Assembly (NCBI GenBank): GCA_041737125.1
Contig: JBGSSJ010000011.1
Span: 33,568 to 97,567 of the forward strand
Reading direction: 5' to 3'
Length of the DNA stretch: 64,000 nucleotides
Origin: Minisyncoccia bacterium
GTDB lineage: Bacteria > Patescibacteriota > Minisyncoccia > Phycocordibacterales > UBA9973
A program made the translations under genes and the position numbers. The stretch's first letter is position 1. Each line of letters begins with the position of its first letter. Below the pieces are notes generated by a model. It was not told the origin of the DNA and searched no databases. It worked only from the letters and a program-made list of their open reading frames with translations. Positions 9,973 through 19,894 of this stretch are shown in pieces.

Positions 9973-10186
9973 TTTTCTTAGCTTTCTTTTTAGCTTGCTT
10001 CTTCTCTACTTTTTTAACAACGTCTACAACCTTGCGTCCTCTGTAAAATCCACAGTGTGTGCAGATTACATGAGTCTCCTTCGCTTTCTGACAGTTTGAA
10101 CAAAGTCCAAAAGTCTTCGCTTTCAGAGCGTGGTGGCTTCGGCGGTTACCAGTATGAGCACGTGTATGTCGCATTCTTATTACCAT
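9968..10186 (-). CDS. rpmF: 50S ribosomal protein L32
   Basis: RRSHHAL, CxxC...HxxCxxCGFY zinc-ribbon pattern. Confidence 0.95.
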   Translation of the reverse strand: MVIRMRHTRAHTGNRRSHHALKAKTFGLCSNCQKAKETHVICTHCGFYRGRKVVDVVKKVEKKQAKKKAKKS

Positions 10187-10239
10187 TCATATAGTATAGC
10201 TATTTCTCGGAAATATGCAAATGTGATATATTGTTATAT

Positions 10240-11982
10240 ATGGAAAACACAGAACACCTATCCCACATACGACATACTCTGGCTCACCTAACCGCCGCGG
10301 CAGTTCGAGCTCTATACCCCCATGCTCAAAATGCAATTGGTCCTACAATAGACAATGGGTTCTACCAAGACTTTGATATGGGTGAAATAAAACTCTCTGA
10401 TTCAGATTTGCCTCGCATAGAAGAGAAAATGAAAGAAATTCTTAAATCTTGGAGCACATTCCAAAAAAAAGAAGTGACTAAAGATGAAGCTTTAGAAGAA
10501 TTTTCTTGGAATCCATATAAATGTGAACTTATCGCTGAGTTCGCAGGTGAAAACAAAACACTTACCTTCTACACTAATGGTGAATTCGTTGACCTCTGCA
10601 AGGGCGGCCATGTTGAAAATGCAAGAGAAATAAAACACGATTCATTCAAGCTCGATAAAGTCGCTGGTGCTTACTGGCGTGGAGACGAGAAGAACAAAAT
10701 GCTCACTCGTATATATGGACTCGCATTTGAAAATAAAGAAAAATTAGATTCTTATATTCTGCAGATAGAAGAAGCAAAGAAGCGCGATCATAAAAAACTT
10801 GGAATAGAACTAGATTTATTTACATTCTCTGATCTTGTAGGACCTGGTCTTCCTCTCTGGACACCAAAAGGAACTCTAGTACGTAATCTACTTGACGCTT
10901 ATGTATGGGAACTTCGTAAAGAAAGAGGCTACGATAAAGTAGAGATTCCACATATAACCAAGAAAGATTTATATGAAAGAAGTGGCCACTGGGATAAATA
11001 TAAAAATGATTTATTCCGTATTACTACTCGTGAAGGACACGAGTTCGCAATGAAGCCAATGAATTGCCCTCATCACACACAGATATACGACCGCAAACAG
11101 TGGAGCTATCGCGAACTTCCACAACGATATGCAAACACAACTACATGCTATAGAGATGAGCAATCAGGTGAACTTTCCGGATTATCACGAGTAAGAGCAT
11201 TCGCTCAAGACGATGCTCACGTATTCTGTCGTATTTCTGATGCAAAAGGAGAAATACAAAAAATATGGGATATTGTTCACATATTCTATAAATCACTAGA
11301 CTTAGTTCCCTATCTTCGTCTGTCACTCAGAGACCTAACACAACCAGATAAATATCTAGGTAACCAAGAGCACTGGGATAAGGCAGAAAAAATATTAAAA
11401 GAAGTAGCAATAGAAAATAAGACAGAATACTTTGAAGCTCCAGGTGAAGCAGCTTTCTATGCGCCAAAGCTCGACTTTATGGCAAAAGACTCAATAGGAA
11501 GAGAGTGGCAAGTTGCTACGATACAGCTTGATGTGAACATGCCTGAGAGGTTTGATCTTTCATGTATCAATGAAAAAGGAGAAAAAGAGCGTATTGTTAT
11601 GATACACGCAGCTATCATGGGTTCTATAGAAAGATTCATGTCTATTCTTATTGAACACACAGCTGGAGTATTCCCTACTTGGCTCTCTCCTGTACAAGTA
11701 GCAATTATCCCTGTACGTGATGAACATATAGATGAAACCAGAAAGATAACACAGGCACTTTTAGAGAATGATATTCGTATTGAGCACTATGATTACAATG
11801 AGAGCTTAGGTAAACGCATTCATGCGGCCAAGAAAATTAATACCCCGTATGTCATCATCATTGGTGATAAAGAAAAAGAATCGGGCATGCTAACTATAGA
11901 GAAACGTGATGGGACAAAAGAAACAAAAACTTTAGAGGACTTTATAAAAGACATCTCTACAGAAATTAAAAACCGCTCATAA
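10240..11982 (+). CDS. thrS: Threonine--tRNA ligase (no N-terminal TGS domain)
   Basis: RHTLAH, DLCKGGH, RDHKKLG, KPMNCP, RDEQSGEL, IHAAIMGSIERF; ATG at 10240. Confidence 0.97.
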   Translation: MENTEHLSHIRHTLAHLTAAAVRALYPHAQNAIGPTIDNGFYQDFDMGEIKLSDSDLPRIEEKMKEILKSWSTFQKKEVTKDEALEEFSWNPYKCELIAEFAGENKTLTFYTNGEFVDLCKGGHVENAREIKHDSFKLDKVAGAYWRGDEKNKMLTRIYGLAFENKEKLDSYILQIEEAKKRDHKKLGIELDLFTFSDLVGPGLPLWTPKGTLVRNLLDAYVWELRKERGYDKVEIPHITKKDLYERSGHWDKYKNDLFRITTREGHEFAMKPMNCPHHTQIYDRKQWSYRELPQRYANTTTCYRDEQSGELSGLSRVRAFAQDDAHVFCRISDAKGEIQKIWDIVHIFYKSLDLVPYLRLSLRDLTQPDKYLGNQEHWDKAEKILKEVAIENKTEYFEAPGEAAFYAPKLDFMAKDSIGREWQVATIQLDVNMPERFDLSCINEKGEKERIVMIHAAIMGSIERFMSILIEHTAGVFPTWLSPVQVAIIPVRDEHIDETRKITQALLENDIRIEHYDYNESLGKRIHAAKKINTPYVIIIGDKEKESGMLTIEKRDGTKETKTLEDFIKDISTEIKNRS

Positions 11983-11991
11983 GCGGTTTTT
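11968..11991 (+). terminator. Terminator hairpin overlapping the thrS stop
   Basis: AAAAACCGCT-CATA-AGCGGTTTTT. Confidence 0.7.
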
Positions 11992-12006
11992 AATTTTCCC
12001 CTTAAA

Positions 12007-12052
12007 TAAATGGCTGTTAATTTCCGCATATGCGGAAATTAACAGCCATTTA
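12007..12052. repeat. Perfect 46-bp palindrome with no spacer
   Basis: TAAATGGCTGTTAATTTCCGCAT|ATGCGGAAATTAACAGCCATTTA, checked base by base. Confidence 0.95.
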
Positions 12053-12067
12053 AAATATTATTAAAAT

Positions 12068-12526
12068 TTAATCTAAATAATTTATTTTTATACCTAGCCT
12101 TTCTGCTTGATCGTGTTCCCAGTTAGCACCTTTAGAAGTCTGCCAGTTTGGCATGAAGTAGAATTCTTTAATCAGTCCAGATTCAAATATAGGTAAATAG
12201 AAATCAGTAAGTATATCTTCTGGATACACATCTCTAGGAAGTTTGAACTTCATAACTTGCATCGGCCACTCGAAAGGCATCTGGTCGAATACATTTAGAC
12301 CCTTACCTTGTAAGGTTTTTATCGTTTCGTCGAAAGCTTTCAAATTATCCTCTATATTACCTGCTCCACCAGTACCTATAGGCCCACAGACAGATGCCAC
12401 AGGCTGTGGCATTTTATTTAATACCCGTATTGCAACTACAAATAATTCTTTGAAATCTTTTGCTTCCTTTATCTGTACTAAATCTTCCTCTGCCCAATAT
12501 TTTGCTGTGTGCAAATTATCAGTCAT
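12068..12526 (-). CDS. DUF4406-like (nucleoside deoxyribosyltransferase-like fold) protein
   Basis: CGPIGTGG..N..AF and MPNWQTSKGANWEH..A..LG pattern; starts 1 nt after the gyrB stop. Confidence 0.6.
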   Translation of the reverse strand: MTDNLHTAKYWAEEDLVQIKEAKDFKELFVVAIRVLNKMPQPVASVCGPIGTGGAGNIEDNLKAFDETIKTLQGKGLNVFDQMPFEWPMQVMKFKLPRDVYPEDILTDFYLPIFESGLIKEFYFMPNWQTSKGANWEHDQAERLGIKINYLD

Positions 12527-12527
12527 G

Positions 12528-14633
12528 TTAGATATCTAACTTTGCCATTTTGGCGTTGGATTGTATGAATGCTTTGCGAGGTGGAACTTCAGAGCCCATG
12601 AGCATATCAAACACTTTGTTAGCATCTTCGGCATCAGTAATTTCTACTTGTTTAAGTATACGGCGTGCCGGATCCATAGTAGTCTCCCAGAGTTCTTCGG
12701 CATTCATTTCTCCGAGACCTTTATATCTTTGGATATGAATTTTCGTATTCTTCTTTCCTTTTGTATCTTCTTCCGCATCTTCTTCTATCTCTTCAGCAAC
12801 TTCACCTTCTTCATTTATAGATTCTGTTAGTAACTCTTCAAGCTTTGGAGCATCTTTACCAAGCATTACGTCGCGTTCTTCATCTGAATATGCATAAGAA
12901 ATTTCTTTACCCTTTTTTATTTTAAATAGTGGAGGTTGTGCTATGTATACATAACCTGCATCGAGTACTTGGCGGAAGTAACGATACATAAGAGTAAGTA
13001 TGAGCGTACGGATATGAGCTCCGTCCACGTCGGCATCTGTTGCAATTATAATCTTGTGGTAGCGCATTTTCTCAAGATCAAAAGTGTCACCAATAGATGT
13101 ACCCATGGCAATAACTAAGTTCTTTATCTGCTCACTTCCTAGCATGCGATCAAGTCTGGCGCGCTCCACATTTAAAATTTTTCCGCGAAGTGGAAGGATC
13201 GCTTGAGTCTTTCTATCTCGTCCCATTTTGGCTGTACCGCCCGCAGAGTCTCCCTCTACTATGAATAGCTCAGAGCTCTCAGCATCTTTAGTCTGACAGT
13301 CTGCAAGCTTACCAGGCAGCGTCATACCCTCAAGTGCACCTTTACGAAGTACTGAGTCCTTTGCAGCTTTAGCAGCTTTACGAGCACGAAGGGCAAGTAA
13401 GGATTTATTTATTATTTGTTTTGCTTCATCTGGATTCTCCTCTAAGAAATTAGAAAAGGCGTCCCCAAATACGGTAGCCACAGCACCTTGGGCTTCAGTA
13501 GAACCCAACTTTGCTTTTGTCTGACCTTCGAATTGTATTTCACGAAGCTTAACAGAAACTACAACCATAAGACCTTCTAGTACATCATCGCCTGTAAAAG
13601 CACCATCTATCTCTTTTATAAGATTATTCTTCTTACCATAAGTATTAAGCACACGAGTGAGTGCGGTCTTAAACCCTGTGATATGAGTACCTCCTTCTGG
13701 GTTATAAATGTTGTTGGCGAAAGGTACTATGTGTGAGTTCACATCATCTACATACTGCAATGCTACTTCCACACCTACTTCGTCTTGCTCTCTCTCTACA
13801 TAGAAAACAGTAGGGTGAATGACTTTTTGTGATTTATTATAGAACTTCACTAAAGAAACTAATCCCCCTTCGAAGTAGAAAGTGGTACTCGGAATTTCAA
13901 GTCCAAGCTCTGAGAACCAGTAAATATCTTCGAAATTCTTTTTCTCTTTACTACCTGTTATAGGATCCCACTCACGCGCATCGATAATATCTATACGTAA
14001 ACCTTTGACCAAGTACGCCTGTTGACGTAAATGATTCACCACTGTATTCCAATCAAACCTAACTTGTTTGAAAATTTCTTCATCTGGAGTAAAAGATATA
14101 ATAGTACCGTGTGCTTTCGATGAGCCTACTTTCTTTACTGCCGCTTTCCTTTTACCTTGTGAATACTCCTGCACGAAACGTCCTCCTTCACGATGAACTT
14201 CTGCTTTAGTATAAATAGAAAGTGCATTTACAACAGAAGCACCCACACCGTGGAGTCCTCCCGAGACTTTATAACCACTATCATCACCTCCAAATTTACC
14301 TCCGGCATGGAGTGTAGTCATGACAGTTTCAAGTGCAGAGACTTTTGTCTTCGGATGTATGTCAGTAGGTATACCACGCCCATTATCCACAACTCGGACA
14401 CTGTTGTCTGGAAGTAGTGTGACCTCAATGTGATCGGCAAATCCACCCATGGCTTCATCACGTGAGTTATCAAAGATTTCCCAGATTAAGTGGTGAAGTC
14501 CATCCACGCCAGTAGACCCGATATACATCCCAGGACGGCGACGTACAGGCTCGAGTCCTTCTAAGACTGATATCTGATCAGCACCATATTTCCCTTCTTT
14601 TTTAGTAGATTTTACTTCCTTTTCTTTTGCCAT
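12528..14633 (-). CDS. gyrB: DNA gyrase subunit B
   Basis: VRRRPGMYIG, DNGRGIP, SGGLHGVG, EGDSAGG, PLRGKILN, DADVDG, QRYKGLGEM. Confidence 0.97.
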   Translation of the reverse strand: MAKEKEVKSTKKEGKYGADQISVLEGLEPVRRRPGMYIGSTGVDGLHHLIWEIFDNSRDEAMGGFADHIEVTLLPDNSVRVVDNGRGIPTDIHPKTKVSALETVMTTLHAGGKFGGDDSGYKVSGGLHGVGASVVNALSIYTKAEVHREGGRFVQEYSQGKRKAAVKKVGSSKAHGTIISFTPDEEIFKQVRFDWNTVVNHLRQQAYLVKGLRIDIIDAREWDPITGSKEKKNFEDIYWFSELGLEIPSTTFYFEGGLVSLVKFYNKSQKVIHPTVFYVEREQDEVGVEVALQYVDDVNSHIVPFANNIYNPEGGTHITGFKTALTRVLNTYGKKNNLIKEIDGAFTGDDVLEGLMVVVSVKLREIQFEGQTKAKLGSTEAQGAVATVFGDAFSNFLEENPDEAKQIINKSLLALRARKAAKAAKDSVLRKGALEGMTLPGKLADCQTKDAESSELFIVEGDSAGGTAKMGRDRKTQAILPLRGKILNVERARLDRMLGSEQIKNLVIAMGTSIGDTFDLEKMRYHKIIIATDADVDGAHIRTLILTLMYRYFRQVLDAGYVYIAQPPLFKIKKGKEISYAYSDEERDVMLGKDAPKLEELLTESINEEGEVAEEIEEDAEEDTKGKKNTKIHIQRYKGLGEMNAEELWETTMDPARRILKQVEITDAEDANKVFDMLMGSEVPPRKAFIQSNAKMAKLDI

Positions 14634-14737
14634 AATATGGTATATTTTAACATAAAATACTACGTATTCCTAATCCATAAATACCTAAGATAGGCTTATA
14701 AATAAGGTTATAATTGGTATATTGTTATTACGATTTT

Positions 14738-16117
14738 CTACTTATTAAGAGTATTCTCTTTGTCTTCATAAGGAGGAAGTGGGACTACATCCCCCGTTTC
14801 AGTAGTAGCTTGGTCGGACATAATATTTTTCTCTATAATTTCTTCTTTTATTTCGTCCTTTAAGGAAATCTTCTTAAAGATAGAGTACGCCTTGCGCATA
14901 TGGTCTACTACATGGTGCCCGAACAAGTAGTGGATAATAAGCTCAAGTAAGAGTATCAAGACCATTAGTCCTAATAAGTACGGAGCGTATTTCTTAATTA
15001 TTAATACAAAATTAATTCCTGGATATAAATCCACATGAGCTTCTTGCATATTATCTGCTGTATCAAATGCTCTTATCATTACACGCAAACTTTTAGAATT
15101 CGTACTTGGTACTAGATATGGACTTTCAGTTTGAATAAATACAGGTGAAGCCACATTACCAGCACTTTGATCTATTATACCTACTTCATATCGATCTATA
15201 CTAGAAAGTGGGTCAGTTGTTAAGAATGATATCAGATATTTCTTCGTGCCATCTTCATCTTTTAGAATATTTATTTCGGGGTCGAATTGAGCTGGCTTAT
15301 TGGTATCAACTTTAACCTGGAAATGAGATGTATTACCCCACACACCTCGAACATTCGCACGTACATGGAAGTACCAGACTCCATCTTCTATATTCTCATA
15401 GGACGCTTGTGATGTATTCGTAGTTATAGTAGTAGGTGGAATAGAGCTCGGATTTAAGTCAAACAAAGCACTATAGCCAGTAATACCTTCTGGGCTATTC
15501 CATCTAAAAATTGGTGAACTATTGTTATACCAATGATCTTGCAGTGGGTGAGTATCAGAAGATATAGCTACACCCTCAGGGGCCTTTGGGCTAATTGAAT
15601 ACTGAGATCCACTAAATGAAAGCTTCACATCAGAACCTAGTCCATCATTTAGATTAGCACTAGAGTAATTAGTTACCGTTACCGTCGCTTCACCTGGTGC
15701 TATAGCCTTGAAACTAATGGTTGCTATTAAGCCTGAGCTTGTAACTATACCTCCAGGGATAATCCCAACGAGGCTAGCTTGTCCCTTTTTATTATCATAA
15801 CTTGGTGGTTCTACCCATATACCAAAGATAGACTTCCCTCCTGAAGGATTCACAATAGAGAGCTTCGACGAATCAAAGCTTATTTTTACATTTATTGCAT
15901 TTATATTATTATTGTTCGTATTTATATAAATTGGCGTTTCAAAAGTAGAACCCACTATGAAATTACCACTCCTCGGTGTTGTAAATATTTCTGCTCTAGG
16001 CAGGAGAGTAGTACCATCTAGATTTATAGTTTCTTGCCCATAAGAAAGTAATGGAGAAAAAGCAAATAATATTATTATGAAATTAAGAAATATATTTTTA
16101 AAAGTTATTTTAATCAT
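14738..16117 (-). CDS. Membrane-anchored cohesin-domain protein with Ig/FnIII-like domains
   Basis: Signal peptide; cohesin-like pattern (INAINVKISFD...ATISFKAIAPGEATV...NDGLG); SDTHP..WY, DGVWYFHVRA; C-terminal TM helix. Confidence 0.7.
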   Translation of the reverse strand: MIKITFKNIFLNFIIILFAFSPLLSYGQETINLDGTTLLPRAEIFTTPRSGNFIVGSTFETPIYINTNNNNINAINVKISFDSSKLSIVNPSGGKSIFGIWVEPPSYDNKKGQASLVGIIPGGIVTSSGLIATISFKAIAPGEATVTVTNYSSANLNDGLGSDVKLSFSGSQYSISPKAPEGVAISSDTHPLQDHWYNNSSPIFRWNSPEGITGYSALFDLNPSSIPPTTITTNTSQASYENIEDGVWYFHVRANVRGVWGNTSHFQVKVDTNKPAQFDPEINILKDEDGTKKYLISFLTTDPLSSIDRYEVGIIDQSAGNVASPVFIQTESPYLVPSTNSKSLRVMIRAFDTADNMQEAHVDLYPGINFVLIIKKYAPYLLGLMVLILLLELIIHYLFGHHVVDHMRKAYSIFKKISLKDEIKEEIIEKNIMSDQATTETGDVVPLPPYEDKENTLNK

Positions 16118-17064
16118 AAATCATCTTCTATTTTTCTAACCTGTTTAAGAATTTCTTTTTCCTTATCTTCAATCTCTTTATTGAGCATAGATAGAGTATT
16201 AATCTCTTCCTGATAAGGAGGAAGGGGCACTGTATTATCCCTAAGCTCTGCATATATTTGCTTTTCTTTTTCTAGGTCTCGAGATATAACAGAGAAGCTG
16301 TCTTCCATATTAGAACTTATAGTGATCATGCGCCTCTTTACGGACTTTTTAAATCTATCCATATAATAAACTATGAACATGAAAATAAGGAGAATTGCTA
16401 ATAGTAATAATATTAAAATAAGTGATTTATAAGGTATAGGATAGTATCCAGTATTCACTGGCTCTATTTGTTTGATTTCCTTATTTGATATTGGCTCGAT
16501 TATCTTCTGTGGTACTGGGGCTGGCTCTAACTTTTTCTCTTCTTCTGTAGGTTTTTTAATCGGAAGGTTTGATTCATTTATTGTAATGATACTCTTGCCT
16601 CTACTAGAAATAACCTCAGTACCCAAGCCATCATTTGCGAGTATGCTACCTTTAGACAGACTCAGATTAGCAGTCCCTAAGGCCTTCCCCTTAAATACAA
16701 GCACTAAGACCACACCCTTACTACCGGAAAAACCATTCAATACAATACCTTCAAAAGAAACGGTTCCGGAATTATTTGAATAGGATGGTTCTTGTGCCCA
16801 AAGGTTTATAATTGAACCATTTTTAGAAACAGAAGAAAGAGTTAGGATGTCTTTAGGGAATGAAACTTGCCCAGACACAGCATTAATAGATTTGTCACTC
16901 GAAACAACTACTTTTATATTTATCGAATCACCTACACTATATGAACCACTATTGAAACTAAATCCTAAATCAGAAGATGCGGAAGCTTCTTGCACATAAA
17001 ATGATGAAATAAATAAAATTACGAGTACTAAACAATATATTAAATTATTTTTGTTTTTTGAAAA
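16114..17064 (-). CDS. Membrane-anchored cohesin-domain protein with a cytoplasmic coiled-coil tail
   Basis: VGDSINIKVVV..INAVSGQVSFP..LVFKGKALGTANL..LANDGLG; TM helix; charged tail. Start uncertain (ORF track 17088). Confidence 0.72.
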   Translation of the reverse strand, partial: FSKNKNNLIYCLVLVILFISSFYVQEASASSDLGFSFNSGSYSVGDSINIKVVVSSDKSINAVSGQVSFPKDILTLSSVSKNGSIINLWAQEPSYSNNSGTVSFEGIVLNGFSGSKGVVLVLVFKGKALGTANLSLSKGSILANDGLGTEVISSRGKSIITINESNLPIKKPTEEEKKLEPAPVPQKIIEPISNKEIKQIEPVNTGYYPIPYKSLILILLLLAILLIFMFIVYYMDRFKKSVKRRMITISSNMEDSFSVISRDLEKEKQIYAELRDNTVPLPPYQEEINTLSMLNKEIEDKEKEILKQVRKIEDDL

Positions 17065-17935
17065 CATACTTTTTAAATTTAAGAACAAGTAAGATTATTA
17101 TTACAACTAAGAAGATAATATAATTATAGGCTGAGAATCCTTTTTTCTTGGTTGGTTCTATCGTTAGAGTTGAACTCTCTCCAGAAAAATTGATTGCGCG
17201 TATATTTATTATACTACGGCCACTTTGATCTTCCAATAAATAGGGACTTTCGATTTCCTTCCAATCCTTATTCCCTTCTTTTACCATCACAGTATCTACT
17301 CCTGTTTCTTTATCATTCACTCTGAATACAAGAGTATACTTATTATTAAATAAATTTTCATCCTGCGTTACATATGCATCTATGGTCGGCGCACTGTCAT
17401 CCTTACTTTCGTAAACAACCCTATTCTCAGATTTATCAATAAAAATATATGTAGAATTACCTGCAGTATATATAATACTTCCCTCACCATCATTGAGTGT
17501 TAAAGATAGTGGCGATATATTTATTGCGGTATTGCCACTACTTTTACCCTCGAAAACAAGCCTGATTAAGGTACCAGGCGCCTTATTACTACTATTGAAT
17601 GGATCTATTAATCCAGAGAAGCCGGTAGGTACAATACCCGCAAAAGATATTTTATTGTTATTTAAAACTGCTTTTTCAATCCAAAAAGTTATAAAAGACT
17701 TCCCTTCTTCAGCTCTAATAAGAGTAAGATTTTTATCGTCAAAAGTGACACTACCTTCTACTCCATTTATAGATTCATTCTCTGTATTAATCATTATATC
17801 AACATAAAATTGCTCACCAATGCTGATATTCTCCTCGGAAACTTTTAAAATAGAAAAAGACGCATCCACATGATGGGTCGACATCAATAAGACAAAGAAT
17901 ACTGCAAATAATATTTTTAAGATAAATTTTTTCAT
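17045..17935 (-). CDS. Membrane-anchored cohesin-domain protein
   Basis: Signal peptide; IGEQFYVDIMI..INGVEGSVTFD..LVFEGKSSG..LNDGEG; ESPYLL module shared with 14738..16117; C-terminal TM plus basic tail. Confidence 0.7.
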   Translation of the reverse strand: MKKFILKILFAVFFVLLMSTHHVDASFSILKVSEENISIGEQFYVDIMINTENESINGVEGSVTFDDKNLTLIRAEEGKSFITFWIEKAVLNNNKISFAGIVPTGFSGLIDPFNSSNKAPGTLIRLVFEGKSSGNTAINISPLSLTLNDGEGSIIYTAGNSTYIFIDKSENRVVYESKDDSAPTIDAYVTQDENLFNNKYTLVFRVNDKETGVDTVMVKEGNKDWKEIESPYLLEDQSGRSIINIRAINFSGESSTLTIEPTKKKGFSAYNYIIFLVVIIILLVLKFKKYVFKKQK

Positions 17936-17940
17936 AATTA

Positions 17941-18852
17941 TTAACCTGTCCAGTTATAAGCCATAATACTAAAATCGACTAGTGTAACTTTGGTATCGTT
18001 ATTCAAATCCACTTTCGCTGGTATATTTGTTTTCTTATACCAGAAAGCCATAATTGAAAAGTCCACCAAGTTTACGTGATTATCACAGTTAAGATCACCA
18101 CGGAGAGTAGAACATAGTACTTCTTCTTTCACTTTCGTCTCATTGCCAACCAGGAAGGATAACGGTGAAGTGAAAGAACTAACTCTAGTGTCTATAGCGC
18201 TTTTGGATTTGGTTTGGTGCTTACCTAATTCTAGTATTGCTGTGTCTAAATTATACAAATAAACACCATTAGTATTAGATTTAATCTTGAAGAAATATTC
18301 TGGATCTGAATGTACAGATATAGTTATATCACTCGATGGCACACTCTGACCAAAGATAGCGAGATTATCCCCTTTTTTAACTTCACTTTTATCTATGTCT
18401 ATAGTAGGAGATAGATATATGTTGCCGATATTTACAGTTGTCCCACTTGTAATATATAAAGGGAAGGAAAAAGACTGGGATTTCCTACCTTTTGCGTCTT
18501 CACCATAGACTGAGAAAGTGTAGTTCCCAGTCGAAAGGTTAGTAACAGACACAGAGAAATTCGCCCCAGGATCAGAAATAGTATTTACTACAATGACACC
18601 ATCTTGCAGTATGAATACTCTTGATAATGGATATGCCATACCAGAGAAATTTACTACAGTCTGTGGTGGATTAACGCCACCACCACCACCACCACCTCCA
18701 CCACCTCCAGGTGGGGCAATATTCGAACTGACGATAGCCGATATGGATATATTATCATTGACGACAATATCCACTCCGTAAACAAAAATGGGTGTAAATA
18801 ATAAAAAAATAATTAAAAATACAATATTTTTATTTAATTTATTCTTGAACAT
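17941..18852 (-). CDS. Secreted dockerin-domain protein with a poly-Gly linker and Ig-like domains
   Basis: Duplicated Ca-binding repeats GDLNCDNHVNLVDFSIM and DLNNDTKVTLVDFSIM; PP-poly(G)-VNPP linker. Start probably MFKNK (ORF track 18876). Confidence 0.8.
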   Translation of the reverse strand: MFKNKLNKNIVFLIIFLLFTPIFVYGVDIVVNDNISISAIVSSNIAPPGGGGGGGGGGGVNPPQTVVNFSGMAYPLSRVFILQDGVIVVNTISDPGANFSVSVTNLSTGNYTFSVYGEDAKGRKSQSFSFPLYITSGTTVNIGNIYLSPTIDIDKSEVKKGDNLAIFGQSVPSSDITISVHSDPEYFFKIKSNTNGVYLYNLDTAILELGKHQTKSKSAIDTRVSSFTSPLSFLVGNETKVKEEVLCSTLRGDLNCDNHVNLVDFSIMAFWYKKTNIPAKVDLNNDTKVTLVDFSIMAYNWTG

Positions 18853-19876
18853 TAGAAGATTTATTAACTGATACATTTAGGCTATCATGCGCTTTCTGTA
18901 TGATATATCTATTGTATCTTTTAATAAGTCTTTTACCTCCAAAAAATATTACTATGAATATAACGAGTAGACATATTAGCAATTGCCATGGGAACACAAA
19001 GAAGAAAGCGTACTTACTAGTATGAATACTATTTGTACCGTATTCTAAGCTAAGTTTTGCGAAATAAGGTCCGAATGCATAGTTCTGCCATTGATAAAGT
19101 GCATCACTGAAAAACTTTTCAATTTTATTATCTGGACTAATGAAGTCATTACTACGTGGATTCTTCACCCAATCAATATCAAAGCGTCTTGTTGAATTAG
19201 GTAGGATGTTACCATTGGTGGGATTCGCATCAATACTATCTTCTGGTATGTATAGTAAGTCATGCATTCTTATCTTCCCAACTGGTTTAATTCTATCCCC
19301 ACCATCGTTTTTAAATCTATAAGTAAAAGAAACAGGCAGAGTATTATAGAAAACTTTATTATCTAGTGTATCAAAGCTTATCAATCCCCCAGCCTCTTTT
19401 ACGTCACCAGAGACAGATAGGAGTATCAGCATGCCTACTTTTGCTCCAATAGAGACTGCAGATGCACCTGTCCCGGTCGGATTAGTACCCCAGAAAATAG
19501 CAGCAAAGTGTCCTCCCGGGGTTGCATTTTGTGGAATATTAATTAATACAGGGACGATAACACTACCTCCAGGTGGCAGTGCGACAGATTCCTGTACAGA
19601 AATCCATTTATCCAAATCCTCTTTTGATTCTACGAAAGATGGATTACCAGACTCGCCTTGCGCTTCGAAGTTTGCAAAAGAAGAATAGAAAATTTGGTTT
19701 GCATCAGTATCATTAGTAAGAGTCATCTCTTGTTGTATTGTCTCACCTGGATTACCTTTTATCTCTATTCGAGGTGGAGATACAGATATAGCTTCAGCTC
19801 TAAATGTAGAAAAGAAAAATACACCCGATATGACGGCAATCTGTATAAGCATGCGTTTTGTAAATCGGATGTTCAT
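18839..19876 (-). CDS. DUF916/WxL-interacting-protein-like membrane-anchored Ig-fold protein
   Basis: Signal peptide (AEA); ISVSPP..NPGE..TLTN, IPQNATPGGH, NDG..IKP.G, NILPNSTR; C-terminal PW-TM-KRLIKR. Confidence 0.65.
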   Translation of the reverse strand: MNIRFTKRMLIQIAVISGVFFFSTFRAEAISVSPPRIEIKGNPGETIQQEMTLTNDTDANQIFYSSFANFEAQGESGNPSFVESKEDLDKWISVQESVALPPGGSVIVPVLINIPQNATPGGHFAAIFWGTNPTGTGASAVSIGAKVGMLILLSVSGDVKEAGGLISFDTLDNKVFYNTLPVSFTYRFKNDGGDRIKPVGKIRMHDLLYIPEDSIDANPTNGNILPNSTRRFDIDWVKNPRSNDFISPDNKIEKFFSDALYQWQNYAFGPYFAKLSLEYGTNSIHTSKYAFFFVFPWQLLICLLVIFIVIFFGGKRLIKRYNRYIIQKAHDSLNVSVNKSSNVQE

Positions 19877-19894
19877 TTTTCTTTTATTTAATTA

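Noticed and set aside
18675-18712. (CCA/CCT)n tract as a contingency locus
   Set aside because: Trinucleotide units with mixed codons encode a poly-Gly linker; slippage would not change the frame.
14738-18876. True cellulosome
   Set aside because: Single cohesin per protein and no recognisable glycoside hydrolase domains.
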